Shown here: in pieces, positions 45,419 through 56,510 of the stretch
Position numbering within the stretch: position 1 is the stretch's first letter
How the letters are laid out: each line of letters starts with the position of its first letter
IMG/VR virus record: IMGVR_UViG_3300032313_001158
Coordinates: 331 to 64,330 of that record
Direction: 5' to 3' (one strand)
Source of the DNA: a virus
Taxonomy: Duplodnaviria > Caudoviricetes
Length of the DNA: 64,000 nt
The notes under the pieces: generated by a model
What the model was told of the DNA's origin: nothing
Database searches by the model: none
The model's input: the letters and a program-made list of their open reading frames with translations, nothing else
Position numbers and translations under genes: made by a program

Positions 45419-46545
45419 TATAAACTAAATCCTTTGAATGTGTTACTGTCTACGTCCTGCTTGGTACCACCTATTACATAACTTGAAATTTCTGTTTCTT
45501 GTGGTGCCACTTGAACTTCTGCACCCGCGATCCACTTGGCTGTCCAAGGTAGTGGATTTGATCCTGGCTTGATACCACAGTCCAGTCCCACTGCTGTCAT
45601 ACGCTTACAGGTCAACCAATCCACATACTGTGCCAACAATTGCTCGTTAAGACCAATCATGCTGCCGTCCTTGAACAGGTAATGTGCCCAAGCTTTTTCT
45701 TGTGCTGCTGCTGCTAAAAACATCAATTCACATTCGGCACGAGTTTCTTCTTTAATACGAATGTAATCTGGATCATCCTGAGGTAGCAGTTTAAGTAGGG
45801 TCTGCGTGGAACCTAAATGTACGTTTTCGTCTCGTGCAATCAGTTTAATGATCTTGGCATTGCCTTCCATCTTCTTTAGTTCTGCAAATGCCCACGAACA
45901 GGCAAAGCTAACATAGAAGCGGATTCCTTCTAATGCGTTTACGTTGTTCAAACATAACCACAACTTCTTTTTAAGCTCATATCTGTCAATAGTAACAGTG
46001 TTTCCGTTAACAGTATGAACTCCATAACCTAACAATTTATAATATCCAACATAATCAATTAGATCATCGTAATACTTGCTGATATCTACTGCACAATCAA
46101 GTATCTCTGGTATTTCTGTTAGCTCATCAAATACAACGCTAGGGTCGCTATAAACATTACGGATAATGTGAGTATAGCTACGGCTATGTATCGTTTCATT
46201 AAAGCTCCAGGTTTGAATCCAAGTTTCGAGCTCAGGAATAGTAGCGACGGGAAGAAAAGCAAGATTGGGACTACGACCTTGAACACTATCCAATAGGATT
46301 TGTCGCTTGAGATTACTTGTAAAAATATGCTGTTCATGTTCTGTTAATTCCTTGAAGTCTTTGCTATCTCGAAGTACATCAACTTCTTCTGGTCTCCAGA
46401 AGAAGCCTAACTGTTTGTCTGTCAGTTTGTCAAACTGTCTATATTTTAGTACATCATAACGCTGTATTGGTGTTGCCCCAGACTCATCTAAAAATGCCAA
46501 TGCTTCTGTGTGATTTTTTTTATTATTAATATTGAATACGCTCAT
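45418..46545 (-). CDS. nrdB: ribonucleotide reductase class Ia beta subunit
   Basis: [31 protein letters not shown] and [11 protein letters not shown]. Confidence 0.97.
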   Translation of the reverse strand: MSVFNINNKKNHTEALAFLDESGATPIQRYDVLKYRQFDKLTDKQLGFFWRPEEVDVLRDSKDFKELTEHEQHIFTSNLKRQILLDSVQGRSPNLAFLPVATIPELETWIQTWSFNETIHSRSYTHIIRNVYSDPSVVFDELTEIPEILDCAVDISKYYDDLIDYVGYYKLLGYGVHTVNGNTVTIDRYELKKKLWLCLNNVNALEGIRFYVSFACSWAFAELKKMEGNAKIIKLIARDENVHLGSTQTLLKLLPQDDPDYIRIKEETRAECELMFLAAAAQEKAWAHYLFKDGSMIGLNEQLLAQYVDWLTCKRMTAVGLDCGIKPGSNPLPWTAKWIAGAEVQVAPQETEISSYVIGGTKQDVDSNTFKGFSL

Positions 46546-46555
46546 TGTTTCTCTC

Positions 46556-48850
46556 TTAAATTACACAACTGTCACAATCCATCTCATCGGTTGATTCTGC
46601 TAATGGTTGTGACTCCATTAACTTATCAATATTGATTTCTCCTTGACCATCAAATGTGTTGAAGTAATATAACTGTTTTAATCCGTACTTGTAACACATT
46701 AGTATATGTTGTAACATTTCTGACATCGGAATCTTTTCATCCGGGTAGTGTTGTGGATTGTAAGAAGTATTTACACTAATACCTTGATCAATATATTTTT
46801 GTAGTACCGCACATAGCTTCAAATAACCTTCGGGGCTAGTTTGGTCCCAAAGTAGTTCATATCGGTTCTTTAACTTGCGATATTCAGGCACAACCTGCTT
46901 CAATTGGCCATGTTTTGAACCTTTAATGCTGACATAGCTTCGCGGTGGTTCTATACCATTGGTGGCATTACTAATTTGTGCGCTTGTTTCTGCAGGCATT
47001 AAGGCCATTAGTGTTGCATTGCGTTGACCAGTGCGTTGTACTTGTTCACGTAAGGCTTGCCATGGCATACGTTCTTGATGTGCGACTAGTTCATCCACAT
47101 CCGACTTACGTGTGTCTACGGGCAATATACCCCGTGCTGATTTCAAGTCTTGCCATCTGGTACAGGCGCCTTGTTCTTGTGCGAGGTCCGCAGAAGCCTT
47201 GATCAAATAGTACGACCAGGCTTCTGCATACTCATCTACTAAAGGTAATGCACGTGGATCACTGTAACCGACATCATTTTTAGCTAGGAAGTAGGCAAAA
47301 TTAATAATTCCAACCCCAATTGGCCTAAACTCTTCTGTAGCTAACTGTGCTGCAAGAATTGGATAGTTCTGATAACTTAATAGAGCGTCCAATCCTCTTA
47401 CCGCCAACCGACACATCTTTTCGAAGTCATGTGGGCTTTTTACATTGCCCCAATTGATCGCTGATAGAGTACACAGGGCGATCCTACCATCCTCGTCGTT
47501 GACATCTCGTAACGGCACAGTTGGCAAATCTATTTCAGCGCAAAGATTACTCATCTTGATTGGTGCAACTTTCTCATCAAATGGACTATGCGTATTGGCA
47601 TGGTCCACATTCTGTAGATAGATACGACCAGTATCCTTGCGTTCCTGCATGAATCTACTAAACAACTCACTAGCCTTGAAAGTTTTCTTTCTCAGCTTGG
47701 TATTACGCTCTGCTCGCTCGTAAAGCTCTTTGAATCGGTCTTGGTCATTGAAAAAAGCAGAGTACAGCTCAGGTACATCATGCGGACTAAAGCAGGTAAT
47801 GTCGCCACCTGTAATTAGTCTTTCGTACATCAACTTGTTAAATTGCACGCCGTAATCCATATGACGCACACGATTATCTTCGGTACCTTTGTTATTTTTT
47901 AATACAATCAAGTCCTCAATCTCGAGGTGCCAGATTGGGTAGTACAATGTAGCGGCGCCATTACGTACACCCCCTTGCGAACAACTCCGTGTTGCGCTTT
48001 GGAACAACTTGTAAAAAGGTATAACCCCGGTGTGGTAAGCATCTCCGTTTCGTATTGGGGAGCCAAGTGCTCGTATTCTACCTGCTCCGATACCAATTCC
48101 GGCTTTTTGACTAACGTACTTAACAATACTAGCGGTAGTGGCATTGATACTATCCAGACTATCATCAGACTCGATGAGCACACAAGAAGAAAATTGTTTT
48201 TGAGGCGTTCGGACACCAGCCATAACAGGAGTAGGCAAGCTGATATCGTGCAAACTAATAGCGTCATAATAATCTTTTACCCATTGTAGTCTTGTTTCTC
48301 TAGGATAGTTTTGAAATAATGTTGCTGCAATTAATAGATAGGCCACTTGTGGAGTTTCAAATATTTCTCCAGTCACACGATTTTGTACAAGATACTTGCC
48401 TCGCCATTGTTCCATGGCCACATAAGTAAAATGTTCGTCTCTCCCATGATGCAGAATAGAATTTAACTTGTCCCATTCTGCATCGCTATAAGCATCAAGT
48501 AATTCTTTATCGTAGAAACCAGATCCCACATTTTGTCTTACAAGATGCAATAGATGCCAGGGCTCATAGTCTCCGTATACCTGCTTACGCAAATGGTAGT
48601 TGATCAATCGACCGGCTACGTACTGATAATTGGGTGTTTCTTCGCTAATAAGATCAGCTGCACTTTTGATCAGGGTTTCTTGAATATCTGCTGTTTTTAT
48701 TCCGTTGTAAAACTGTATGTGACTTTTAATTTCTACTTCGCTTGCACTTACTCCGGTTATCCCTTCGGTAGCCCACATAACTACTCGGTGCATTTTTTCT
48801 ATATCCAGTGATTCTTTACTGCCGTCTCTTTTAGTAACTTGAATTTGCAT
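46556..48850 (-). CDS. nrdA: ribonucleotide reductase class Ia alpha subunit with ATP cone
   Basis: VTKRDG ATP cone, QFSSC, SNLCAEI, MPAETS, LYY and C-terminal CDSC. Confidence 0.97.
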   Translation of the reverse strand: MQIQVTKRDGSKESLDIEKMHRVVMWATEGITGVSASEVEIKSHIQFYNGIKTADIQETLIKSAADLISEETPNYQYVAGRLINYHLRKQVYGDYEPWHLLHLVRQNVGSGFYDKELLDAYSDAEWDKLNSILHHGRDEHFTYVAMEQWRGKYLVQNRVTGEIFETPQVAYLLIAATLFQNYPRETRLQWVKDYYDAISLHDISLPTPVMAGVRTPQKQFSSCVLIESDDSLDSINATTASIVKYVSQKAGIGIGAGRIRALGSPIRNGDAYHTGVIPFYKLFQSATRSCSQGGVRNGAATLYYPIWHLEIEDLIVLKNNKGTEDNRVRHMDYGVQFNKLMYERLITGGDITCFSPHDVPELYSAFFNDQDRFKELYERAERNTKLRKKTFKASELFSRFMQERKDTGRIYLQNVDHANTHSPFDEKVAPIKMSNLCAEIDLPTVPLRDVNDEDGRIALCTLSAINWGNVKSPHDFEKMCRLAVRGLDALLSYQNYPILAAQLATEEFRPIGVGIINFAYFLAKNDVGYSDPRALPLVDEYAEAWSYYLIKASADLAQEQGACTRWQDLKSARGILPVDTRKSDVDELVAHQERMPWQALREQVQRTGQRNATLMALMPAETSAQISNATNGIEPPRSYVSIKGSKHGQLKQVVPEYRKLKNRYELLWDQTSPEGYLKLCAVLQKYIDQGISVNTSYNPQHYPDEKIPMSEMLQHILMCYKYGLKQLYYFNTFDGQGEINIDKLMESQPLAESTDEMDCDSCVI

Positions 48851-48861
48851 TGTTCACGCCT

Positions 48862-49311
48862 TTAGTATTGTTCTAATTTTAAATTGATCGCTGTATAGCG
48901 ATATTTTAATTTTAATTGTTGATTAATGTGTTCTTTATTTACAATCTCACCTTCAATCAAATTAAGAACATATTTCCCATGACACAGATAAGCTATATGA
49001 TAATAGTATCTGGTATTTTGATCAAAATACACTCGTAATTCTGGAAAAAGGGTATCTTTGTGAGTTGTTAGATGTAAAGTATACAACATTCCTAATGATT
49101 TTGCAAGATCGCAGTAATAATTTTCTGTAATCAATTGCCAGGGATCCGGCCAGGTATCTACTTCGTTGTAATCTAGAAAAAAAGGTATAAACGGACACTT
49201 CTGCCAAAAGTCATTGACTTCCTGCACAGCTTGATCAAGAGACAATGAGCTGAGTTCTTCTCGAAATTTTTTCCATTGGCCCAATCTTGAACTGGGCTGA
49301 GCATTGAACAT
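48862..49311 (-). CDS. hypothetical protein, possibly transglutaminase-like
   Basis: WPDPWQL...YCDLAKSLG...YH pattern. Confidence 0.5.
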   Translation of the reverse strand: MFNAQPSSRLGQWKKFREELSSLSLDQAVQEVNDFWQKCPFIPFFLDYNEVDTWPDPWQLITENYYCDLAKSLGMLYTLHLTTHKDTLFPELRVYFDQNTRYYYHIAYLCHGKYVLNLIEGEIVNKEHINQQLKLKYRYTAINLKLEQY

Positions 49312-49314
49312 TAA

Positions 49315-50679
49315 TTAAATAAATCTAGAAATATTGAATACAAATTGAGCTGTACCGCTGTTTACAGAAGCCAACAACGAAGTTGTATTGGCAAATAAGT
49401 TGGCGCCAACTCCGGTTGCTGTCTCTATGTAATCGTCGTCAAATTGAGTTGCTGCAAGATTGTTAGAAACTTTTAAAATTCCTTTTCGATGATTATTTCC
49501 ACTGGTTATTTGATAGTCAGTATGAACTCCGGTATTTGAAATTAGTTGTATGACTAATGGTGTAGTTGACAGTGTGTACTGGTTCGTGGGGGAAATTTGA
49601 AGATTTCCTAAATACAGACCTGCACTTAGAAGATCACTTCCAATATTCAACGACATATTCAAGCTGTTACCAAAAAATAATTCTTGTCTACTAGTGTCAA
49701 CGTAATTTCCGATTCCTACAAATCCCAAACTACTGCCAAGGTGTGCGGTAATATTTGATTGATTATTGAATCCGCTATTTAATATCCTTACTGCACTTAC
49801 TGTGGTACCAATACATGATATTCCGTTTCCGCCACCAATGAACTGACAACCGTCAAAAGTTATTTTTGATGTGGCACTGTTTGTACTCAATATTGCTACC
49901 AAATTGGGATAATATCCTGGTTGATTATTTGCATAAAAAGTACAAGAATTAATTTTTAAATTACTGGTACTGTCAATGACCAAAATTGGTTGTGCAATGT
50001 TGCTGTTTGAATTGAAGAAATTGATTCCGTTTAGTTCGATCCCGGTTGGTAGCACTGCAGAACTGGTTCCGATCAACGACCCTGACTGAAACGAAGAATC
50101 GCAAATATTTGCCACTGATCGATTGCCGTTTACCTGTTTTATTATTGTACTAGATAATCCGTCACCGACTAGACGAGCGTATGTGGGAATCAATACTGTG
50201 TCTGAAGTTAAATACGTGCCACCTGGAAAATAAATTGTGCGTCTAGCCCTGGGCTCGGTTGGACTAACTGTTGATTTGTAAATTTGTTGTATTGCTCGAT
50301 TTAATGCCAAAGTATCATCAGTTGTACCATCGCCCGTTGCGCCAAAATCTCTAACGTTTATAACATCATCAAATTTTTGTTGATAACTTCTAATTACAGG
50401 AGCCAAAGAGCTTGGACCAGTTTGAGCTGTATATCCAGCAGCATTGCCAACAAAAGTATAATTGGTATAAAAACTGGTATTTGATGTTATATCAGCAATG
50501 TCGTGTTCAGTTAAAACTCTTGTTACCCCAACAATTGGAGCACCTTCGTCTAATGTACCATTTCCAATATATAATTGTCTAGTATCCACGCTCCAACCTA
50601 GTTCAGCTGAAGCCAATTGTGGTAAATCTTGTTCTAAACCTCTTCGATGTTGAATTCTAGAAATTTGTGTAACAGCCAT
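49315..50679 (-). CDS. tail-associated beta-helix (pectate-lyase-3-like) protein
   Basis: RIQHRRG...AELGWSVDT N-domain; NVRDFGATGDGTTDDT...YFPGGTY; TAAATA at 50701-50706. Confidence 0.85.
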   Translation of the reverse strand: MAVTQISRIQHRRGLEQDLPQLASAELGWSVDTRQLYIGNGTLDEGAPIVGVTRVLTEHDIADITSNTSFYTNYTFVGNAAGYTAQTGPSSLAPVIRSYQQKFDDVINVRDFGATGDGTTDDTLALNRAIQQIYKSTVSPTEPRARRTIYFPGGTYLTSDTVLIPTYARLVGDGLSSTIIKQVNGNRSVANICDSSFQSGSLIGTSSAVLPTGIELNGINFFNSNSNIAQPILVIDSTSNLKINSCTFYANNQPGYYPNLVAILSTNSATSKITFDGCQFIGGGNGISCIGTTVSAVRILNSGFNNQSNITAHLGSSLGFVGIGNYVDTSRQELFFGNSLNMSLNIGSDLLSAGLYLGNLQISPTNQYTLSTTPLVIQLISNTGVHTDYQITSGNNHRKGILKVSNNLAATQFDDDYIETATGVGANLFANTTSLLASVNSGTAQFVFNISRFI

Positions 50680-50703
50680 GCTAAATCCTCAATTATTGTG
50701 TAT

Positions 50704-51402
50704 TTAGCTTGAGAGATAGTAGAGCTCAACTCTACGCATCCACTGGTCGCTCCAGTAAGCAAAATCTTTAGGTTCTAGCACAAATTCCTGATATTCTGGG
50801 GTGGTATTTTCGTCAGCTGGTTTAGCACACATGAGAATAACTCCCGTGTTAATGCTCGTTCCGTGTGTGTCGTTGTGAGCTGCCGCATACGCTGCGAGCT
50901 GCAAAAAATAATCGTCGATCCATTCGCGTTTCTTAGGTTTGTTCGTTTGTTTAAAATCCATGATTGCAGGCTGTCCTTTCCACACCCCGATACAGTCAGT
51001 AGTACCAGCGTAGAGCCCAGAATAATATACAGGAACCTCGCAACCCCAATATTCATCAACATGTTGTAATCCTTCTAGTATAACTTGTGCAGCCATAAAC
51101 CACGACGGTTGTGCAAATGGATTTGTGGGCAGTTCTCCTAGATCGTCATTCTTTACATAACGTTCAAGATAGGTGTGCATCCTGGTGCCACGATTGGCTG
51201 CTTCTGTAGTAATCTGTTGAGCACGTTCGTGCCCTACTCTGTTGCGCCATTCCTGCAATTTCTGCTTGGCTTCTGCGGGTTTTGTTCGATCTAGAATTGT
51301 AGTGACACTAGGAACACGGCTACCGTCTGGCAATGCATAATGGCGCTTGCCCTCTATGCTTTCTCTGGCTAGAGGGGTATAGTCAAATTTTGGTATAATC
51401 AT
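50704..51402 (-). CDS. PD-(D/E)XK exonuclease (Cas4-like/MGME1-like)
   Basis: PSVTTIL, RGTRMH, AGTTDC, IMDFK and QLAAYA. Confidence 0.88.
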   Translation of the reverse strand: MIIPKFDYTPLARESIEGKRHYALPDGSRVPSVTTILDRTKPAEAKQKLQEWRNRVGHERAQQITTEAANRGTRMHTYLERYVKNDDLGELPTNPFAQPSWFMAAQVILEGLQHVDEYWGCEVPVYYSGLYAGTTDCIGVWKGQPAIMDFKQTNKPKKREWIDDYFLQLAAYAAAHNDTHGTSINTGVILMCAKPADENTTPEYQEFVLEPKDFAYWSDQWMRRVELYYLSS

Positions 51403-51729
51403 TTAAACTCGAAAACTTTCACCGCAACCGCAGCGGTCACGTTCATTGGGGTTGACGAACTCAAATCCTTCGTTGAGTCCTTGTCTTTTGTAATCCATTG
51501 TTAGTCCGTTTATATACGGTAGATCTTTGCCGTTGATATAAATTTTAACACCATTACTGTCGTATGTCATCCAATCTCTAGTAGCAGGCGGAGTGTCAAC
51601 ATATTCTAATTTGTAAGCAAGACCCGAACAGCCTGTTGTTCTTACACCAATCATTATGCCTTCACCTCGCCCACGTTTATCTAGATGTTGTTTTACTTTT
51701 TTGGCTGCTATTTCTGTTAAAGTTATCAT
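51403..51729 (-). CDS. iscA: Fe-S cluster assembly A-type carrier
   Basis: GCSGLAY and CGCGESF; start MITLTE. Confidence 0.93.
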   Translation of the reverse strand: MITLTEIAAKKVKQHLDKRGRGEGIMIGVRTTGCSGLAYKLEYVDTPPATRDWMTYDSNGVKIYINGKDLPYINGLTMDYKRQGLNEGFEFVNPNERDRCGCGESFRV

Positions 51730-53447
51730 TAGAAGTTCTCCGGAAACCAAGATTCTAAAGGCTGATATTTGGTAATTTTAGTAACAAGAGTAGAGGTGTT
51801 GATGCTGTGTAATGTTGATTTAACTAACATTTTTTTAAATTCAATCGAGTTAGACCAGTGATACGCAGCCTGTGCCATATGGCAAGCAGGAATATTTTTT
51901 TCATTCAAATTGAAATCTATTGTGTAAAAAAACTTATCGTTAGTTACCCAATTGTTGTATAAATTCTCTGTCAATAATTGATATTGTTTAGAATTTAAAA
52001 AAGTATCTACTAGAATGTCAATATTCAATATTGACGTTAATTCTGTGTAGTTGATTTTTTCTTTAAAATCAGAAATACCTGTCATAAACGAAACAAGTAC
52101 TACCATTTCTACAAACTCTTTTTGAGTAAACGAAACACAGCTCTGGGGGAATTTTCCACGAAAAATAAAACCGGTATCGTTGATTCTTTCACTGGTGCTG
52201 TAGGTAAATTGAAACTTTTGTTGATATTCAGGATTCAATCCTGCAGGACTTGCAGGCAAAAGTTCGCTTATAAAAGGACACAGTATCACACTGGGCAATG
52301 AAATTATTTCTTTTAGAGATTTTTTTATCGTGGTTGGGGTTTGTCCTGGCAGTCCAACAATAAATTGAACTTTTGAAATATACTGAGGATGACATTCGTA
52401 AAGCTCTTGTATCATTTTTTTATGTATGGGCCATCCAACATCTGGACGTTCAATATTTTTTAAAACATTTTCATTTATGTCCTGAACACTGAATGTAAAT
52501 CCCCATCCCTTGGCAACCAAGTCACCTTTGGCAAACAGGTGATAAATTTTTAAATTATTATCTTTACGTAATTTACTCAGATTACCATCAGTTTTAAACT
52601 TTGCATTTTCATGAAGATTTTTATGTACCATATACTCAACAAGATCAATATCCTCTTCATACTGTCCAAAATTTGCATCAGAAAAGTAAATATTTCTGAT
52701 TCCCAACTGTTGAAAAAGATCTATTTCCTCTTTATAGGTATTTTTTCTCCTGGATACTTTGTTTGATAATCCGCTATTCCAATCACAGAAAGTACATGCA
52801 TAAGGACAACCGCGAGTTAATTCATACGGCAAAATGACATTGAGCTTGTTGTGATTGATTTCATGTTCTACCATATCTTTAAAAAACTCTTTATTGGACA
52901 AAAACGGACTGATCTGTGATTGAGGAACATTTTTGTAATCGGCCACAATTAATTTATCTTTAGCGGTGTCGTGCCAGGCCAAATTTGAAACGTTGAATGC
53001 AATAAGATTTTTTTTATTGACCAAATTTGTAACTAAATCTGTAAAGGCAGCTTCGCCGGGACCGTATACTGCAAAATCTGCATAACTATTTTGTTGAAAA
53101 AATGCAGAGTTTATGTTTACATCAATACTGGGACCTCCTACCACAATTTTACATTTTGAGTGAAGTCTTGATCTGATTCGCGACAGTTGCTCCCGTAAAA
53201 AGTCTGCATTCCAGAGATACATAGATATACATAACAGATCTATGTTGTTGCTGTTGCAATAATCAACCAGTTCATCGTCGTCTATCTGTTTTTGTATAGG
53301 TCTTAACCATTGAAGATTTGATGCAGCTTCAGGTGAATGAGTTTCTAAATGTGTTTTAAAGTAAAGTGCTGCAACAGACAAAAACAAACTATTCTGAAGA
53401 TCTTCAAAGTAAAGCGTGTTAGCATGATAGAATAAAATTTTAAACAT
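51729..53447 (-). CDS. cobalamin-binding (class B-like) radical SAM protein
   Basis: SMYLWN, VVGGP, GPGE B12-domain motifs; TRGCPYACTFCDW; GLPGQT. Confidence 0.88.
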   Translation of the reverse strand: MFKILFYHANTLYFEDLQNSLFLSVAALYFKTHLETHSPEAASNLQWLRPIQKQIDDDELVDYCNSNNIDLLCISMYLWNADFLREQLSRIRSRLHSKCKIVVGGPSIDVNINSAFFQQNSYADFAVYGPGEAAFTDLVTNLVNKKNLIAFNVSNLAWHDTAKDKLIVADYKNVPQSQISPFLSNKEFFKDMVEHEINHNKLNVILPYELTRGCPYACTFCDWNSGLSNKVSRRKNTYKEEIDLFQQLGIRNIYFSDANFGQYEEDIDLVEYMVHKNLHENAKFKTDGNLSKLRKDNNLKIYHLFAKGDLVAKGWGFTFSVQDINENVLKNIERPDVGWPIHKKMIQELYECHPQYISKVQFIVGLPGQTPTTIKKSLKEIISLPSVILCPFISELLPASPAGLNPEYQQKFQFTYSTSERINDTGFIFRGKFPQSCVSFTQKEFVEMVVLVSFMTGISDFKEKINYTELTSILNIDILVDTFLNSKQYQLLTENLYNNWVTNDKFFYTIDFNLNEKNIPACHMAQAAYHWSNSIEFKKMLVKSTLHSINTSTLVTKITKYQPLESWFPENF

Positions 53448-53820
53448 TATTTTTCTTTTTGTAATCTGCCAGTGCAGCCTTGATTGCATCTTCGGCTAAT
53501 ATAGAGCAATGTATCTTGACAGGAGGAAGTGCAAGCTCTTCAGCAATCTGGGTATTTTTAATTGTACCGGCTTGGTCAAGAGTTTTGCCTTTAAGTAATT
53601 CTGTTACCAGCGACGAACTTGCAATTGCTGAACCGCAACCATAGGTCTTGAATTTGGCATCTGTAATAACATTGTTTTCTACTTGAATTTGAAGTTGTAG
53701 TACATCTCCACAAGCAGGTGCGCCCACTAATCCTGTGCCCACACGAGAATCGTCTTTGTCCATTTTACCTACATTACGGGGGTTCTCATAGTGGTCCAGA
53801 ACTTGACCTGAATAAGCCAT
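53440..53820 (-). CDS. iscU: Fe-S scaffold IscU
   Basis: GAPACGD, YGCGSAIAS and LPPVKIHCS. Confidence 0.96.
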   Translation of the reverse strand: MAYSGQVLDHYENPRNVGKMDKDDSRVGTGLVGAPACGDVLQLQIQVENNVITDAKFKTYGCGSAIASSSLVTELLKGKTLDQAGTIKNTQIAEELALPPVKIHCSILAEDAIKAALADYKKKNNV

Positions 53821-53850
53821 TTAAGTCTCCTTTGGATTATTATAAATTAA

Positions 53851-54276
53851 TTAACTACGTTTTGCAAGAGCTGACTTAGCCATCGAATCCACAGTACGCT
53901 CAGGAGCAGTTTTAAATCCTTCTGGGCCTTCGGAATCTTGTGCAAATTCTACATCATCGGCAAAAGGTTCTAGATAAGCATATTTGACACCCGATGCATC
54001 ATCTTTTATCTCTTTGATTAAATTTTTTACATCAGGATTATTTTTGTAGGCTGCTAATAGGTTTTCTAAATTGAACTGTTGTTCACCGGTACCTTGTACC
54101 AAGTTAATTAAACTGTCAACTCGGATTCTTGGTTGAATGTGAGTATCGTGTGCTCTATTACGTAAGAACTCTAGCGTGGTAAGCAAATTAGCATCACCAC
54201 GCCCGTCAGCTTCATCTTCGAGAACTTCGTCAATGTACTTGTCAAAATTCTCTACTATAATGTCACGAATACGCAT
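53851..54276 (-). CDS. head-associated protein
   Basis: MRIRDIIVE N-terminus; late operon. Confidence 0.65.
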   Translation of the reverse strand: MRIRDIIVENFDKYIDEVLEDEADGRGDANLLTTLEFLRNRAHDTHIQPRIRVDSLINLVQGTGEQQFNLENLLAAYKNNPDVKNLIKEIKDDASGVKYAYLEPFADDVEFAQDSEGPEGFKTAPERTVDSMAKSALAKRS

Positions 54277-54965
54277 TACCGTTTTTCTCTACCAACAACA
54301 TTTGGTCCTGCTGCTGCATCTGTTGCAGCAAACTCGTCTGTGTCAAGATCACTTTCTGTACCATCCGGTGCTGACATTCCTGGTGGTGCCATTCCTGGTG
54401 CACCAGCTGCTGGACCCATGCCCATTGGTTGTGCTACCTGCTCACCGGCTAAAGATCTAGCCGCATTATCAGCTGTACCTCTTGCTGAACTCAGTTGCTG
54501 TGACATATTTGCTAACAATGGTTCTACTGCTGCTTTGAATGCATCAGCTTGTTCCATGCCAATTTGATCGCGGATAGTGTCCAGCAGTGCTGGCATTTGC
54601 TCGTTTTGCATTTTGCTAACTTCTTCTAGCATGTCCTGAATACTGTCAACCATATCCTTAGCAGCAAGGATAGCTTGACTCTTGCCCATTTCGCTTTCCA
54701 TGATCAGCTGTTGCTTGTTTTCTACCATCCAACGATGTAGGCCTTCACGCACCATCAAAAGCTGCATGTATTTGGAATTTGTTTCTGCTACATGAATGCC
54801 ATGGCTACGTTTGATTTGATCTAAACTTTCAGTTAGTTCACGAGCCAAAACGAATGCTTTTGGAAAATTCAGTTTGTCGTAATCAATCGTGACTCCGAAG
54901 CGACTTTCCATAACTTTATTAATTTTTTTGCTAGTTGGCTTAACGCCCATTTCAGTTAATCTCAT
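54276..54965 (-). CDS. probable prohead core/scaffold-like protein
   Basis: MRLTEM N-terminus, LIMESE site, helical with an acidic tail; TAAATA at 54990-54995. Confidence 0.55.
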   Translation of the reverse strand: MRLTEMGVKPTSKKINKVMESRFGVTIDYDKLNFPKAFVLARELTESLDQIKRSHGIHVAETNSKYMQLLMVREGLHRWMVENKQQLIMESEMGKSQAILAAKDMVDSIQDMLEEVSKMQNEQMPALLDTIRDQIGMEQADAFKAAVEPLLANMSQQLSSARGTADNAARSLAGEQVAQPMGMGPAAGAPGMAPPGMSAPDGTESDLDTDEFAATDAAAGPNVVGREKR

Positions 54966-55480
54966 AGTGGTAATTTCCCAAAGTTTAAGTATTTAGCCGA
55001 AATTAAAGTTTTTTTCAAAATGTTTAATACAGCCTTACGTTGTAATTTAGCATCTATGCATCTATTTAATACCGCAGCTGATTTAACTAAATCTTGGGTT
55101 TTTGATAGTGTATATTCATACTGTACAATATTCAAATCTAAACGTCCGAGCTTTGTATCTAAATCTAATAGTGTTTGTGCTGATTCGTATTTTTGCCGTA
55201 CTTCGCTAACACAGTAAATGATAGCTGAAGCTTTTGATGTAAAATCGTGTATGTGGCGTCCATCAATTTTTTCTACAGTCCAGCAAGCAGAATGTACTCC
55301 GGTGATACGAAACTCCCCAACAAAAAACCCATGATCATTGATTGGAATGACCACGGGTTTGTTACGGTATTTTTTAAGTTCTTGTTTGGTCCAGTTTTTA
55401 AGATATGATGTACTAAAATCTACAAATGCATTTTGTACCTTTATGAAATCAGCTTTTTTTCCTGTAGTAGATTTTCCCAT
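54962..55480 (-). CDS. hypothetical protein
   Basis: Likely start MGKSTT. Confidence 0.65.
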   Translation of the reverse strand: MGKSTTGKKADFIKVQNAFVDFSTSYLKNWTKQELKKYRNKPVVIPINDHGFFVGEFRITGVHSACWTVEKIDGRHIHDFTSKASAIIYCVSEVRQKYESAQTLLDLDTKLGRLDLNIVQYEYTLSKTQDLVKSAAVLNRCIDAKLQRKAVLNILKKTLISAKYLNFGKLPL

Positions 55481-55655
55481 TTTCGTTTTTTCTAAATAAA
55501 ACATCTTTGTTTACCAATTGGTTAGCTATCAAAGACTGTCTGTGTGACATGTCTTCTTTGGCAATTTGCTTTTTTTCGTCAAATTGCCCCAAAACATCTG
55601 CTTCTTCGTTGGTAATTGGTATTCTAATTTTATTTACTAGTTCTACAATCTTCAT
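55449..55655 (-). CDS. small winged-helix-like protein
   Basis: MKIVEL N-terminus; ANQLVNKDVL...GKIYY. Confidence 0.6.
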   Translation of the reverse strand: MKIVELVNKIRIPITNEEADVLGQFDEKKQIAKEDMSHRQSLIANQLVNKDVLFRKNENGKIYYRKKS

Positions 55656-55657
55656 TA

Positions 55658-55924
55658 TTATTTTAAAATAAGTTGTACAAATACCATTATCAAGCCAGTT
55701 AACATTGCTACGCCAAATGCGGTGCCAACGGTAATCAATTGTCCGCTACTTTTATTGGTAACCTCAACAGCTGATTCTGATATTTTTGTTCGTATGATGA
55801 TGATATGTTCTTCCATCGCGGTCATACGATGTTCTAGTTTATCTAATTTATCTTCCAAGCTTCGGTATCTTTCAGCACATAAATCCACGTGCGCTCCGAG
55901 GCTGGTTCTTTCGCTTTCTGCCAT
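55658..55924 (-). CDS. coiled-coil plus C-terminal TM protein (holin/XhlA-like)
   Basis: HVDLCAERY, heptad repeats, terminal TM. Confidence 0.6.
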   Translation of the reverse strand: MAESERTSLGAHVDLCAERYRSLEDKLDKLEHRMTAMEEHIIIIRTKISESAVEVTNKSSGQLITVGTAFGVAMLTGLIMVFVQLILK

Positions 55925-56008
55925 ATCACTCTTTCGTAAAAGTTAGAGGGTTCTGTGTTGTTGTCTAGATTGTGTGCCATGAAAAAATGCCTTAATGATG
56001 CCAGTGGG

Positions 56009-56443
56009 TTAGACAGTATTTAAGTTGATACGACCTTTCATAAAACATATGTTTTTTATGGCACCATATGGGTAAAAGATTGGAAGCATAAATCTGGCAG
56101 TTTCTTCTAATCCGCATATAACAGGCACTTTTGTAAAGGCTTGATCCAGTCCAGCAACAGGATCATCATCAACTTGAAAAACGTCCTCGTGGTCAACACC
56201 AAAACTAAAAATCCAACATCGCTGTTCTCCATGGTACATTTCAGGAAAAACGGTTGTTTCGTCAATTACGACTGTTTTACAGTATGGCCCTTCAACTAAC
56301 TGAGGTTGAGCTTTGATTCCTATACACTGTAAAACTGTTTCCCAATTGCGCTGCTGGTTCCTTGGAATTTCGTCAGCAGTGGTGTGTCGAATAACTCCGG
56401 TTGCAGTAATATCAACTAATGTGATGCCGGTATAAAAGTACAT
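56009..56443 (-). CDS. conserved late phage protein
   Basis: Start MYFYTG 5 nt after TATAAATA; TLVDITATG...RNQQRNWET. Confidence 0.7.
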   Translation of the reverse strand: MYFYTGITLVDITATGVIRHTTADEIPRNQQRNWETVLQCIGIKAQPQLVEGPYCKTVVIDETTVFPEMYHGEQRCWIFSFGVDHEDVFQVDDDPVAGLDQAFTKVPVICGLEETARFMLPIFYPYGAIKNICFMKGRINLNTV

Positions 56444-56463
56444 ATAGATATTTATAGTCAACA

Positions 56464-56488
56464 AAAAAGGCAGAACAAGTCTGCCTTT
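56464..56488 (-). terminator. intrinsic terminator
   Basis: AAAGGCAGA/TCTGCCTTT stem plus U-tract. Confidence 0.75.
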
Positions 56489-56510
56489 GTTTGTACTAAT
56501 TTATATTAGA

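Noticed and set aside
45418-48850. Introns or inteins in nrdA, nrdB or the helicase
   Set aside because: ORFs are continuous and of normal length, with no intein or homing-endonuclease motifs.
49315-50679. Diversity-generating retroelement target (Mtd-like N-terminus)
   Set aside because: No reverse transcriptase or TR/VR repeat pair in the window; the N-terminal domain is a generic fibre attachment module.
50704-51402. Cas4-like nuclease as evidence of a CRISPR system
   Set aside because: No repeat-spacer array or other cas genes were seen; stand-alone PD-(D/E)XK exonucleases are common phage genes, and the Fe-S cysteine pattern of true Cas4 is not evident.
32322-53820. Bacterial chromosome or misassembly, given dnaK, rpsU, iscU/iscA and nrdAB
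   Set aside because: These genes are interleaved and often overlap with phage genes, use phage TAAATA promoters and lack their normal bacterial operon partners.
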